Shown: piece by piece, positions 50,262-60,886 of the stretch
How positions within the stretch are numbered: position 1 is the stretch's first letter
Layout: the number at the start of each line of letters is the position of its first letter
From: a virus
Taxonomy: Duplodnaviria > Caudoviricetes
Virus record (IMG/VR): IMGVR_UViG_3300028804_000002
Coordinates: 64,001-128,000 of that record
DNA length: 64,000 bases
Reading direction: 5' to 3' (one strand)
Translations under genes and position numbers: made by a program
Notes under the pieces: model-generated
Database searches by the model: none
Told to the model about the DNA's origin: nothing
The model's input: only the letters and a program-made list of their open reading frames with translations

Positions 50262-51267
50262 AAATATAGCTGACTTTCTATTCATGTGGACTCCCTATGG
50301 TATATGATTAAGAAAAGCTTTCTACTGAGTGCTTGTCATTTAAAATAATCTTACCAAAATATTATCTTCCACCGAACTATATCTATATTTTGACACAAAA
50401 TACCCTGATTAAAGATGCTTTATCAGCTTTTAAGTTTAAACTCTTAGCAATCAAGGATGAATTCATTTAAAAAGTAGACTGTAAACACCTCATAATCTCT
50501 TCTTAGCCTCCTCTATACTTTCGTACTAGGTTAGCGGTGGATGCGTCTTTCGACAGCACCGAAGAGGTACAGTTCACTTTGTTATTCGTATGCACTAATA
50601 TCTTGATTATCAACACTATGAATATACGGTGCTATGAGTTTGTATCTCAACTCCGTCAAGCTCTTACGTCTTCTCAGATATTCAGTAATTTACCATTACT
50701 CTTTATAACATTGATAATCAAGAATATAAGCCCCAAGAGAATATAAATACAGTAAGAGTATAAACGTAGAAATACTTTGATTAGCTCTTATTTTAGCTAC
50801 GTTTGGACTATAATGTATTTGGGAGCAACTTCAAGTTATAAATAATATTGGAGCGGACGTACTGCTTCACGGCTCTTGCCTTCAACTACTAGTTCTATCG
50901 TAGTCAATACTATTAATAATTAAAACGAGGTATTAGTGTTTTATTTATTATATATTTATAAATACATAATTTCTTACACTAATACCTCTTAAAAAGTTGA
51001 TCCGTGTGTGCTGATAACCAATCAGCCAGGTTTTTATGATTCTAATTGTCATTAGATATCTGACCCGATTTCTACCCTCAAATAATAATACTGCAAATAT
51101 CACTTTGAGGATCACAACAAATTTTGCAGTTTTGTTGCATAGCCATTTTTATACGTTTATAGTTAATTAGACGTATGTTTCTGGCCCTTCTAAATAATTT
51201 TTATATATTTCTTAACATATCTAGTAAAATATTAATAATAAATTATTAGATTCCGGGTGATCTGCAA
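50262..51267 (-). ncRNA. Tandem cassette of ~9 stem-closed structured RNA domains
   Basis: ORF-poor 1 kb; consecutive inverted-repeat-closed units; G-U pairs and GAAA tetraloops on minus strand. Confidence 0.55.
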
Positions 51268-51312
51268 TGCATAATCTGAATTTTTGTTGATAAGTATTTT
51301 TGATCTATTTAC

Positions 51313-51975
51313 TTACCAGGGTGAATAATGTTCCATTCTAGACCTATGTTTGGGTTTTGGTCTAATTAATGGCTTTTTTTTACCATATGTATATTTGAGT
51401 CTTCGTACGATATTCTGACAATTAAGAATACGCTTAATTAAAAGCTCATAATCAAATGTCATTTCACCAATACGAAACTCAAGGGTGTGTACTCTTTTTG
51501 ATACCCAACCAGCTTTTACACTACTGACTTGTCTCTCATTAAAACTACCTTTATATCCCCATTTATCAAGCGATTTGAGTATCCAATCGTGATCTTGACA
51601 ACTAATGAAACTATGAATGTCCCAAAAATCACCCATATCAATATGGTAATGAATACCACTTCGATCATTTAATCCACAATGAGTTTTAAGCCATTCTGAA
51701 ATGTGATATAAACAAATCATACCTTTTATACCTGGAGGTATTCTGAATCTTTTCTCCATTGAATCATGATAATAATGCATTAAATATGGTATATTTAATG
51801 GTTGTAATTGTTCTGTAAGATCGCAATTCCAACAACATTCAACTTCGATTCCAGTGCTATAAGGTAGGTATGCCTTGGCAATAGCAATAAGCTTTTTGTC
51901 GGTTAACGAATGTAAGGCTAAGGGAGATTTATAAATCATCTCCCTTAACGTACCATAATTAATACTCACCGGCAA
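51313..51975 (-). CDS. Amidoligase-family (carboxylate-amine ligase) protein
   Basis: STGIEVE, EKRF, SGIHYHID, TLEFR. Confidence 0.75.
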   Translation of the reverse strand: MPVSINYGTLREMIYKSPLALHSLTDKKLIAIAKAYLPYSTGIEVECCWNCDLTEQLQPLNIPYLMHYYHDSMEKRFRIPPGIKGMICLYHISEWLKTHCGLNDRSGIHYHIDMGDFWDIHSFISCQDHDWILKSLDKWGYKGSFNERQVSSVKAGWVSKRVHTLEFRIGEMTFDYELLIKRILNCQNIVRRLKYTYGKKKPLIRPKPKHRSRMEHYSPW

Positions 51976-52636
51976 AAGATTTTCCAGTTATAGCCTTGGT
52001 TTCTTTTTTGTTGATCAGCGCCTCCAATTTAGCTTTGTAGTCATCGGCTGTCTCTCCTTTTTGTTTTGGAGGATATTTGATTTGCTTTTGATTACATACT
52101 TCTTGCAGGCCTTTAATTGTTAACTTTGTCATCTCATTTAAGTTTAAAAAGTGATTGTTATGTTTTTAAAAAGTTTAATCTTTATTTTGTTCTATAGGTA
52201 TTACTTTAACAGTATAGTTTGTAAGACTATTTTCTTCTGCTGCTAAGTCACCCATTTGATATGCAATTTCGTGTGATCCGTAGCCCTCAAAATCTTGTCT
52301 TAATTGACTAGATAATACACACTTATTATCTTGCCAAACTTCATAATGATATTTCATAAAATGAACTTTAAAAAAATTATTAAACATTAATTTCGTTTAC
52401 TGTACGTTTAATGTTAATCATATCAAAATGAAGTGTTGGTCCCTCCTTTGTAAAAAAATAATTATATTTAATTTCTGTGCCATTACATATAACTATTTTA
52501 TTACCATAGCTTTTAGCTATTTGAATTCTATTGGAGTCAGTCATATACCACAAAAGTGTACGTGATAATTTAAGTAATTCTTCTTCTGATTTAAGAAATA
52601 CTTTATCTCCTTTTTCTGGTATTAGTTTCATAATAT

Positions 52637-52891
52637 TTAATTTTGTGGACTTATTATTATATGAATCATACTAATAGTTGATGTAGATGCATCTACCATT
52701 TGTAATGTCCAATTTGGCATGATTTTGGTTTGTTTCCAATACTTCTCTTTATCAGTTTCAGATAAACCTCTCCACCATGCTAATGCTATAGCTCTTTGAT
52801 TAGGTGGATCAACATATTTTATAGGTAATCCATTTATACCGTTAGTTTTTCCACTTTTCCATTCTTCTTCTGGTATTTCTTGATATGGCAT
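52637..52891 (-). CDS. Hypothetical protein, WWxxL...ASTS family
   Basis: ALAWWRGL...PNW....VDASTS. Confidence 0.7.
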   Translation of the reverse strand: MPYQEIPEEEWKSGKTNGINGLPIKYVDPPNQRAIALAWWRGLSETDKEKYWKQTKIMPNWTLQMVDASTSTISMIHIIISPQN

Positions 52892-54159
52892 AAGTATTGA
52901 ATTTAATTATCTTTGATAAATGTATATATTAAATAGACTAACATGCATATTAGTGCACATGCTAATAAACTCATTATTAAATGAAACCAGAACGGTTGAG
53001 GCTCAGATTCATGAGATTTAACAAATGTGGCTAATAAATATGATCCTGTAATATATAAACTTAATCCAAGTATGATAAATGTGATTTTCTTTAGTTTTGT
53101 AATCATTTTATTGATTTATTAAACCAGTCATTAAGAGATATATATTCAAATAGCATAAAAATGAATATAAACCACCAAAATACTGAACACATGAAAATAG
53201 ACATTATTACATCTCCATTTGTCACTGTTCCAAATTCTCTTTTGTACCATCTTAGGTTAAATGGAATAGATATTATCCATCCAACTATCCATAAGACTAT
53301 TAAGAATGTTGCCATTTAAAATATACTTTTAAGTTTTGGAAATATAATGTACTCTCTGTTCTTTCCAGAATACTCTCTCTCATCATCATTATTAGCTTGG
53401 AATATCATCAGCATATTGTTTTCTATCCATATACTTGATACTATAAATTGTCCAGCTTTAAATGTGGTGGATTTCTCTATCCAACCATCACACAGTTCTA
53501 ATATTTTGATAATATCTGATGCATTTAGATCTGTTAATACAAGATTATGACCTGATATTTCAATAAATTTCTCTTTATGGTTCTTTCTGAAATCAATTAT
53601 CTCTTGTTGTATTTGTTGAGGTAATAAATGGAAGTTCATAAGATATGATTTAATTAAATGAATATTCTATCATAATAGCATCATTTATAGATATATATTG
53701 ATTAATAATAGCAAATCCTTTTACAAATAATCTACCATTAAAATAACAATATCTATCCCAATAATCTGGGCTATGTTTAATACAATAAAATAAATCTGTG
53801 ATATTCATAAGCTGTGGATTATTTAATTTTATGTCTATAACCATGCATAACAAAATTGTAATAATACAGATACACTAAGTTCATTTGTGTACCATTTATA
53901 CTACCTTCTTGTTTATACTGATTATGAATTATACTTAGTTTGTTCTTTTCTTCAATATTAAGATGAGGATTAATTTCACGACTTTTAAGTGCTCTTATCA
54001 TAGATGTAACAAGAACACCTCTGTATTCTTCTCTATATATTCTTCTAGTTATCTTTTCCATTGCTTTTGATTCATTTAGTTATAAAGTTGATAATTTTAT
54101 ACTTAGTAATAAATAAAGATTAGCCCAGGATATTACTACCCCAAGCTAACCTAAAGAGA

Positions 54160-54396
54160 TCAATCTTCTACAAAATGAAAACTATTTCTATGTTGAATAA
54201 GCTCATTTCTTTCAGCTTGTAATTCATCAACAAGATAGTTCCATTCAAGATTATACTGATAGTTATCAGATATATCTTCAATATCCTCAGCAGTAACACG
54301 ATTAGATTGTTTAAGAGCTTTTATTTCTAACAGTTCTTTATCAATCTCATCTATTCTCTGTTGAGTCTGTTCTTCAGTGAGGTCATTAATGGTCAT
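54160..54396 (-). CDS. Small acidic coiled-coil protein downstream of hammerhead
   Basis: 78-aa ORF. Confidence 0.65.
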   Translation of the reverse strand: MTINDLTEEQTQQRIDEIDKELLEIKALKQSNRVTAEDIEDISDNYQYNLEWNYLVDELQAERNELIQHRNSFHFVED

Positions 54397-54407
54397 AAAA
54401 TAAGTTT

Positions 54408-54456
54408 AGGTTAGACATATAATATGTTTCGACTATTTAAGTCTCATCAGTAACCT
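54408..54456 (-). ncRNA. Type I hammerhead ribozyme
   Basis: AGGTTA-CTGATGA-GACT(TAAAT)AGTC-GAAA-CATA(TTA)TATG-TC^TAACCT; full core, three stems, GUC cleavage triplet. Confidence 0.92.
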
Positions 54457-55096
54457 TTGGTTATTGAAGGGTGTAATATCATCCTCACACACCTTTATTT
54501 TGATGAAAAACTAATGTTTTAGTGTTATATTTACTCAAATAGCCTTGTTATTAGCCATATTAATGCTGTTAATAATAAAAATATCCATACATTATACATA
54601 ATATGAGTATACATTGGCATATTTTGATGAGTTGTTAACATAAATGGAAATATATATCCCCAATATATTGATATCCATAATAAAGAGCCACACCAAATTG
54701 ATATCCGTGTAAATAATTTGTTCATAGTTAGAGGTTTAAAACACTATCCGCAGCAATCTAATAGAACTCCGGCCATACAGCCGGCTCTTATTAGATGCTT
54801 TGGACAGTCAATTATCTACTAGCATGAGACTAATAGACTTTTAATTTAATGTGTCAGAGGTTAATTAATTCATTTAAAAGCTTAATATTAATACTTACTT
54901 AAACATATCTTTATCATATATCTAATAGCACATGCCTTTAGGACTTACAGGATATTAATATTAAAAGCTTTGGATAATACTTATTTTAAAGGACAAATAA
55001 CCTAACAGAATAGTACTATAAAAGTAAAGGCATGAAAAACAAGAACACAACGCATTTCTACGCTGTGTTCTCCGCTACAATCTCATGCTTGGTCTT

Positions 55097-55615
55097 TTAC
55101 GTACCGAGGTCTTCTTCACCTTCTGCTCCTGCTCCTGCGTTCTGTAATATGGCTGCTGCTGCTTCTACTTCATCAGCTGCTGGTTCGAGTGGTTCAGCTG
55201 GCTTTTCTGCAGGTGCTGCAGGTGCTGCTACAGTCCGTGTGTTGGAAGCCTGTCCCAACATAACCATTGCAGCATGCTCACCCAATTTGGCGTTACGTGC
55301 AGCTCTGATTTGTGCAGCATCTTCGATATCCATGGCGACACTTTCATTTGTGTCGTCAATCACGATTCTGTTGTTCACGGTGATTGTAAGGTTGAAGGTC
55401 TTCTGCGCTACTCTGCCTTGTGCCAGATTAGGTACAAACCAGAATAACGGCTGACCCGAGGCTGACAGTGTGAGGTCTTCAACAGCTTTACCGATGGCAT
55501 CTGCCTGTGCTGCTTTGTAAGCTGCAAGCTCCTTTGCTGTGCCTGCTACTGTGTAAGTGTAAACCACTTGTCCAGTTGATTTACGATACTTACCGTTAAG
55601 TGTTGCTTTTAACAT
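55097..55615 (-). CDS. First gene of leftward arm; Ala-rich, GC-richer protein with acidic tail
   Basis: MLKATLNGKYRK...YTVAGT..ELAAYKAAQ...GQPLFW. Confidence 0.85.
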   Translation of the reverse strand: MLKATLNGKYRKSTGQVVYTYTVAGTAKELAAYKAAQADAIGKAVEDLTLSASGQPLFWFVPNLAQGRVAQKTFNLTITVNNRIVIDDTNESVAMDIEDAAQIRAARNAKLGEHAAMVMLGQASNTRTVAAPAAPAEKPAEPLEPAADEVEAAAAILQNAGAGAEGEEDLGT

Positions 55616-55679
55616 AAAACTTTGTGTTTAAACGTTTAGAATTATTGTTATTAATTGAATATAAGTTTCATTGATTGTG

Positions 55680-55800
55680 CAAGACAAGGGGGTACTCCAC
55701 AATCGCTACATTAGGGTGGGGTCAATTTGAGGGTACTTACTCACTCACCTCATAAACACCAAAAATTTTACTCAAAAATATTTTTAAAATAATTACCAAT
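55680..55800. other. Divergence point, candidate genome terminus/packaging site
   Basis: G-run motifs GGGGGTAC, GGGTGGGG, GAGGGTAC between divergent gene arms. Confidence 0.35.
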
Positions 55801-55803
55801 TAA

Positions 55804-55835
55804 TTTGGAAAATTAATAAAAGAGTAGTACCTTTG
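55804..55835 (+). promoter_or_regulatory. Canonical Bacteroidota sigma-A promoter
   Basis: TTTG-N20-TACCTTTG, 4 nt before ATG 55840. Confidence 0.8.
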
Positions 55836-56486
55836 TAGTATGATAAAATTAACAATAACTACAGAAATTGATATTACTAATAATTATTTAGTAATTGAAG
55901 ATGATAAAAAATATTATGTACAATCCTGTAGAGATAATTATGCTGGTGCACATTTTGAAACTACAGGTGATAAAGTAAAGGAGTTTCTTGAAAGAATAAA
56001 AAGTAATAAATCTCAGTATGATATACAAATATATAAAAGATAAAAAATAAAAAAATAACAATAGAAGACATTGAGAAAACCATGGATGAAATTTATGGTA
56101 AAATGTCACAAAAAGAAATAGATGATTTGTTTATAAGAGACCTCGGTAATGGATTATATAGACTACCTGGGGGTGTTATTACTGGCGAAGGTGGAGTTAA
56201 TTTATTTAATAAAGTACTTAAAGAAGAAGCAGAAAAAAATTTAAGAAAGAAATGAAAATAATATATAGAGATAAAGAAACAAACGAAGAAATTATAGATA
56301 ACAATGGTTGGTTATTTATAAGAGATAATGAATTATGGGCTTGTAATTTTGGAAGTGGTAATTCAGATGATACACATATGTGGGCAGGAGAAGCTTGGAA
56401 AGTAAGTGATGATTTTTATATAGAAGTAAATAATAAGTAATTTTGATTATTCATAAAAAAGAGTTATATTGTACTAAAAACAAAGC

Positions 56487-57137
56487 ATGAACAAAGAAAA
56501 TAGAATTAGAAAAAAAGAGATTAAATACGATGTTGAACTTAATGCAGAACAAAGAGAGGCTAAGTCTCTTATAATGGATAATCAAATAGTAATAGTTACA
56601 GGAGTAGCAGGTACAGGTAAATCATTAGTTTGTGCTCAAGCCGCTCTTGATTTTATAAATAAAAAACAAGTAGAAGAAGTATTTGTAACTAGAGCAGCGA
56701 TAGAAGTAGGTAAAAGTTTGGGTTATTTACCAGGATCTCTTGAAGAAAAATTCAATCCATACTTAGAAGGCTTTAGAGATAATTTATATAAATGTACTGA
56801 TAAGATAATAATAGATGAAATAGTGAAACAAGGTAAGGTTAAAGCTTTACCTGTACAATTTATTCGTGGCAAAACTATAGATGATTTACTAATAGTAGAA
56901 GAAGCTCAGAATCTTACCAGACATGAGATTCTTGCACTATTAACTCGCTTAGGTAAATCCGGTAAAATAATCATAAACGGGGATAACGAACAGCGTGATA
57001 TTAAAGATGACTATACTGGACTTTCTTATGCTATTGAATTATCTAAAGCTATTCCAGAAATTAAATGGATTAGTCTTAAAGAAAATCATAGAAGTGGATT
57101 AATTGGTAAGATATTAGAATATGAATACAATCATTAA
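56487..57137 (+). CDS. phoH: PhoH-family ATPase
   Basis: GVAGTGKS, LGYLPG, FIRGKT, EEAQN, LTRLG, GD..QRD, NHRS. Confidence 0.95.
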   Translation: MNKENRIRKKEIKYDVELNAEQREAKSLIMDNQIVIVTGVAGTGKSLVCAQAALDFINKKQVEEVFVTRAAIEVGKSLGYLPGSLEEKFNPYLEGFRDNLYKCTDKIIIDEIVKQGKVKALPVQFIRGKTIDDLLIVEEAQNLTRHEILALLTRLGKSGKIIINGDNEQRDIKDDYTGLSYAIELSKAIPEIKWISLKENHRSGLIGKILEYEYNH

Positions 57138-57139
57138 TA

Positions 57140-57334
57140 ATGACTATTAGAATAGAAGGATGTCATATAAAAGCTAGATCGATAGATGAATTAAATAGAT
57201 TTGCTAAAGATATGGGAGTATCTAAATGTTGGTACTCTTCAGATCCAGAGCCACACTATCAAGTTATTTGTGTACATACTATGGAAAAAATTGAAAAGTT
57301 TTTAGAAAAAAAGAATAAAAAAAGACATAATTAA
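57140..57334 (+). CDS. DUF4031-like protein
   Basis: HIKARSIDELNRFA..MG....WY....PHY. Confidence 0.6.
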   Translation: MTIRIEGCHIKARSIDELNRFAKDMGVSKCWYSSDPEPHYQVICVHTMEKIEKFLEKKNKKRHN

Positions 57335-57366
57335 TTTGGTAAATTAAAATGTTTGTCGTACCTTTG
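57335..57366 (+). promoter_or_regulatory. Canonical Bacteroidota sigma-A promoter
   Basis: TTTG-N20-TACCTTTG before ATG 57371. Confidence 0.8.
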
Positions 57367-57370
57367 CATC

Positions 57371-57727
57371 ATGACAAACATAAAAAGACTATATAGTAAC
57401 TTACCAGAAGAAATTAAGAATGTTCTTTTTATATCAGAAGGATGGTTAGTTGGAAGTTCAATTAGAGATATCTTAATTCATGAAGCACATCCAAAAGATT
57501 ATGATATTTTGGTACCTTCAAGAGAATTATTTCAGATAGTATGTAGTACATTAAAACAGTATCCAATAAAAATTAATACGTTTGGGGGACTTAAAGTCCA
57601 ACTACCATATACAGAACTTGATATATGGGTAGAAGAGTTAAGTCATTTCATAACTACAGCAAGTGTATTTGATTATGCTTATAATTTGAAAAGAAATAAA
57701 TTAATTAAAAACAACGAACAAATATGA
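57371..57727 (+). CDS. Minimal nucleotidyltransferase (CCA-adding/poly(A) polymerase head-like)
   Basis: WLVGSSIRDIL...PKDYDILV, NTFGG, LDIW. Confidence 0.7.
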   Translation: MTNIKRLYSNLPEEIKNVLFISEGWLVGSSIRDILIHEAHPKDYDILVPSRELFQIVCSTLKQYPIKINTFGGLKVQLPYTELDIWVEELSHFITTASVFDYAYNLKRNKLIKNNEQI

Positions 57728-57909
57728 AAAAAGCAGTAATTAAAAGAGTAAGTCACGGTAAACTAAAAGGTCAATATAGATTTATATTAGTAGCAGCTAA
57801 TGGAGAACCAATTGCTACATCAGAAACTTATACTCAGAAACATAATGTAACAGAATTACTTGCTACACATTTCAGTGACTTTGAAGTAGTAGATAAAACC
57901 AAAGAATAA
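57724..57909 (+). CDS. YegP/DUF1508 family protein
   Basis: QYRFILVAANGEPIATSETY. Confidence 0.85.
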   Translation: MKKAVIKRVSHGKLKGQYRFILVAANGEPIATSETYTQKHNVTELLATHFSDFEVVDKTKE

Positions 57910-58691
57910 TGAATATAAAAAAATATTTCACAATTAAAAATATTATAGGAGTTGGAATAATTATAGGATTAATAATAACTCTTTTCTCAGTAGATAGTTG
58001 CAGAAGAAATCAATTATCTGCTAATAGAGCAACCATAGATAGTATGACTTTAGCTAATCAAGAGTTAGTTAAGACTGTAAATAAGCAAGGAGATACTATA
58101 GTAAAACAGCAAGTTATTATAACTGATGATCAAGAAGCTTTAAAAAAATTAGCTTTGGACGTATTTGATTTAAAGAAAAGTGAAGAGAAACGTATTAAAC
58201 AAATTGATGCTCTTATTCGTATTAAATCATCTACCAGAATAGATTCAGTAGAAGTAGCTTATGTAGATAAAGAAGAAAGAAAAAGATTCTCTGATAGTGT
58301 AGAGAAAGCTTGTGCTGATGTAATAGCTTATTACGATACTAATTATATAAAAGTACCTAAACAAGTTTCTATAGATAGTAATCAGAATAAAGACTTTCAA
58401 TTTGGAGGTACAGTAAAAAAAGATAAATTTGTGATAGATTCTGTTATATTTCCAAATAAACAAGATATAATTGTAGTAGAAACTGGAGGTTGGTTTAAAC
58501 GAGATATAAATAAGAAATTTCATATATTTCAGAAAAGAAAAATGGAAATATTTGTTAAGAATAGTAATAAGTATGTTCATGTGAATGGAATGAATTCTAT
58601 TATTTATAAACCAAAACCAAAGGCTAGATGGCTTGAAAGATTAGGATTATTTGGAGTAGGAGTTGCAGCTACAGCGTTAATTTTAAAATAA
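57909..58691 (+). CDS. Membrane-anchored coiled-coil protein (spanin-like)
   Basis: N- and C-terminal TM segments, coiled coil, NSNKYV. Confidence 0.5.
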   Translation: MNIKKYFTIKNIIGVGIIIGLIITLFSVDSCRRNQLSANRATIDSMTLANQELVKTVNKQGDTIVKQQVIITDDQEALKKLALDVFDLKKSEEKRIKQIDALIRIKSSTRIDSVEVAYVDKEERKRFSDSVEKACADVIAYYDTNYIKVPKQVSIDSNQNKDFQFGGTVKKDKFVIDSVIFPNKQDIIVVETGGWFKRDINKKFHIFQKRKMEIFVKNSNKYVHVNGMNSIIYKPKPKARWLERLGLFGVGVAATALILK

Positions 58692-58696
58692 AACCA

Positions 58697-59686
58697 ATGA
58701 ATAAAGAAGAAAAATTAAAAGCAATTAAAGAACTTAAAGAAAAGATCAATAAAGATTTTGGAAAAGGTTCACTTATATCTCTTGGAGAGAAACCAGAAGA
58801 ATTAGATGTTATATCTACAGGTTCATTAGGACTTGATATGGCTCTTGGGGTAAATGGTTTACCTAAGGGTAGAGTAATAGAAATTTATGGTCCAGAATCT
58901 TCTGGTAAGACTACAATAGCTATTCATGCTATGGCTGAATGTCAGAAACAAGGTGGTATATGTGCCTTTATAGATGTTGAACATGCATTTGATAGAGAGT
59001 ATGCAGCAAATCTTGGAGTTAATATAGATGAAGTAGAACTTTGTCAACCAGATTATGGTGAACAAGCTTTAGAAATTGCAGATAGATTAATAGCTTCAGG
59101 TGCATTTGATCTTGTAGTTATAGATTCAGTTGCTGCACTTGTACCTAAAGCTGAATTGGAAGGAGAAATGGGAGATTCTAAAATGGGCCTACATGCTAGA
59201 CTTATGAGTCAAGCTTTACGTAAAATGACAGCTACTATTTCTAAAACTAATACTTGTGTAATTTTTATTAATCAATTACGTGAAAAAATTGGTGTAATGT
59301 TTGGTAATCCTGAAACTACTACTGGTGGCAATGCACTGAAATTCTATGCTACAGTTAGACTTGATGTACGCAGAAGTATAACTACAGCTAACTCAGTGAT
59401 GAATGGAGAGATTAAAATTGGTAATGAAACTACAGTTAAAGTTATTAAAAATAAAGTAGCTCCACCATTTTTAACAACTAAATTTGATATTTTATATGGA
59501 ACTGGAATAGATAAAGTAGGAGAAATTGTAGATATAGGAGTAGATAAAGAAATATTAACTAAATCAGGTTCATGGTATTCATATAAAGAAGCCAAGATAG
59601 GACAAGGTCGTGATTCAATACGTAAACTTTTACTTGATAATCCAGAACTTGCATTAGAAATAGAAACTCAAATTAAACACAAATGA
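58697..59686 (+). CDS. recA: Recombinase A
   Basis: [60 protein letters not shown]. Confidence 0.98.
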   Translation: MNKEEKLKAIKELKEKINKDFGKGSLISLGEKPEELDVISTGSLGLDMALGVNGLPKGRVIEIYGPESSGKTTIAIHAMAECQKQGGICAFIDVEHAFDREYAANLGVNIDEVELCQPDYGEQALEIADRLIASGAFDLVVIDSVAALVPKAELEGEMGDSKMGLHARLMSQALRKMTATISKTNTCVIFINQLREKIGVMFGNPETTTGGNALKFYATVRLDVRRSITTANSVMNGEIKIGNETTVKVIKNKVAPPFLTTKFDILYGTGIDKVGEIVDIGVDKEILTKSGSWYSYKEAKIGQGRDSIRKLLLDNPELALEIETQIKHK

Positions 59687-59849
59687 ATAAATATTATATA
59701 GTTACAAATGAATTAGCAGAAATTTTACATACTCTTAATTATATTAAAATTAAGAAATTAGAAACTGATTCAGCTATAGTATATACAGAATTAACATTAG
59801 AAGAATTAAAAGAATATATAAAACAAATACCACCAAAAATTCCATATTA

Positions 59850-60176
59850 ATGACAAGAGAACAACAATTAAAGATATTCGATGAAATTACGAAGAAAGCT
59901 AGAGAGATTTTACAGAAAAAAGGTAATGATTATGCAAATGAAGATGTACTATCTAATTTTAAATTGGCAGGATCCATATGTGGACTTAGTCCGGAGATTA
60001 ATTGTTTATCTCTTATCGCAACTAAAGTAGCTAGACTAGGGGTACTTTTAAATTCTATAAAAGAACCAGAAAATGAATCTATTAAAGACTCAATGATAGA
60101 TTTAAATGTGTATTCATTTTTGTTAATATGTTTAGAATTAGATAAATATAAAATATTAGAAAATCATGCGAATTAA
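59850..60176 (+). CDS. All-alpha NTP pyrophosphohydrolase-like (DUF1599/nucleotide-modification-associated)
   Basis: KKGNDY...NF...K.ARL...NESIKDS.IDL.VY. Confidence 0.7.
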   Translation: MTREQQLKIFDEITKKAREILQKKGNDYANEDVLSNFKLAGSICGLSPEINCLSLIATKVARLGVLLNSIKEPENESIKDSMIDLNVYSFLLICLELDKYKILENHAN

Positions 60177-60886
60177 ATTACTACAGTTTAACTGGTTCTA
60201 TATTAGATTAGATATAACGTTTTTAGATGGATTAAATTCTTTATTAGGATTATCATATTGTGAAGGTGAATATGTTGCTTGTACTGATAGAACTTTACAA
60301 GATTGTAAAAATTTCTCATATAGTGAATTTCAGATTGGATTTATATTTCTTACACTTGCGTTTGGTAAAGAATTAGAAAGTGGCGAATATAATAAAAGCT
60401 AATAAATTATATACATTTGGTGGAGAAAATCATGAAAAACAGATTTTACTTACTAAAGAAGAAATAATAAAAGAATTAATTAAATTTCCAGCTATCTCAA
60501 TGAAAGGTCATAGAGATGAAGTTATAGAAATAGATACAGAAGTAAATCCTCCAGTATTTAAATGGAAAATAAATTATCTTAATAATATGGATCAGTATTC
60601 TCTTTCAATTCTTAGAGATTTTGCTAAAAATAGAAATAAGTAATTAATTTTAAAAATTAATTGGTAAAGTAAAATAAATTTTATATATTAATTATAAATA
60701 AATCATTATGAATGTATCATTAAATGAGGAGTACTATTTAGAAAAACAAGTAGAACTTGAAATAGAAGCCCTTAAATATCAAAAGAAACAATTGGATATT
60801 CAGAAGAAACAAATAGATTTACGTTTAGAAATTTTAGAAGAAAACAGAGAACAAATAGCTTTGAATAAAGCAAATAGAAACCAATA

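Noticed and set aside
50537-50746. Plus-strand 69-aa GTG-start ORF inside the RNA cassette
   Set aside because: Antisense to the gene arm, no promoter seen, no recognisable protein features
50841-50914. GGCAAG..CCGTGAAGC..CGCTC as a twister-sister ribozyme
   Set aside because: Too short, and the required helices cannot be formed
51066-51118. TCTACCCTC...TTTGAGG-ATCACAAC loosely recalls Bacteroidota type VI-B CRISPR repeat ends (possible solitary-repeat anti-CRISPR)
   Set aside because: Single copy, wrong length, resemblance from memory only, and the bases are explained by the closing helix with 50996-51003. A search against a CRISPR repeat database would settle it.
55032-55454. Plus-strand 140-aa Ala/Ser-rich ORF
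   Set aside because: Antisense shadow of 55097-55615; other short antisense ORFs in the track (e.g. 3096, 4599, 5053, 10091, 58245, 59344) rejected likewise
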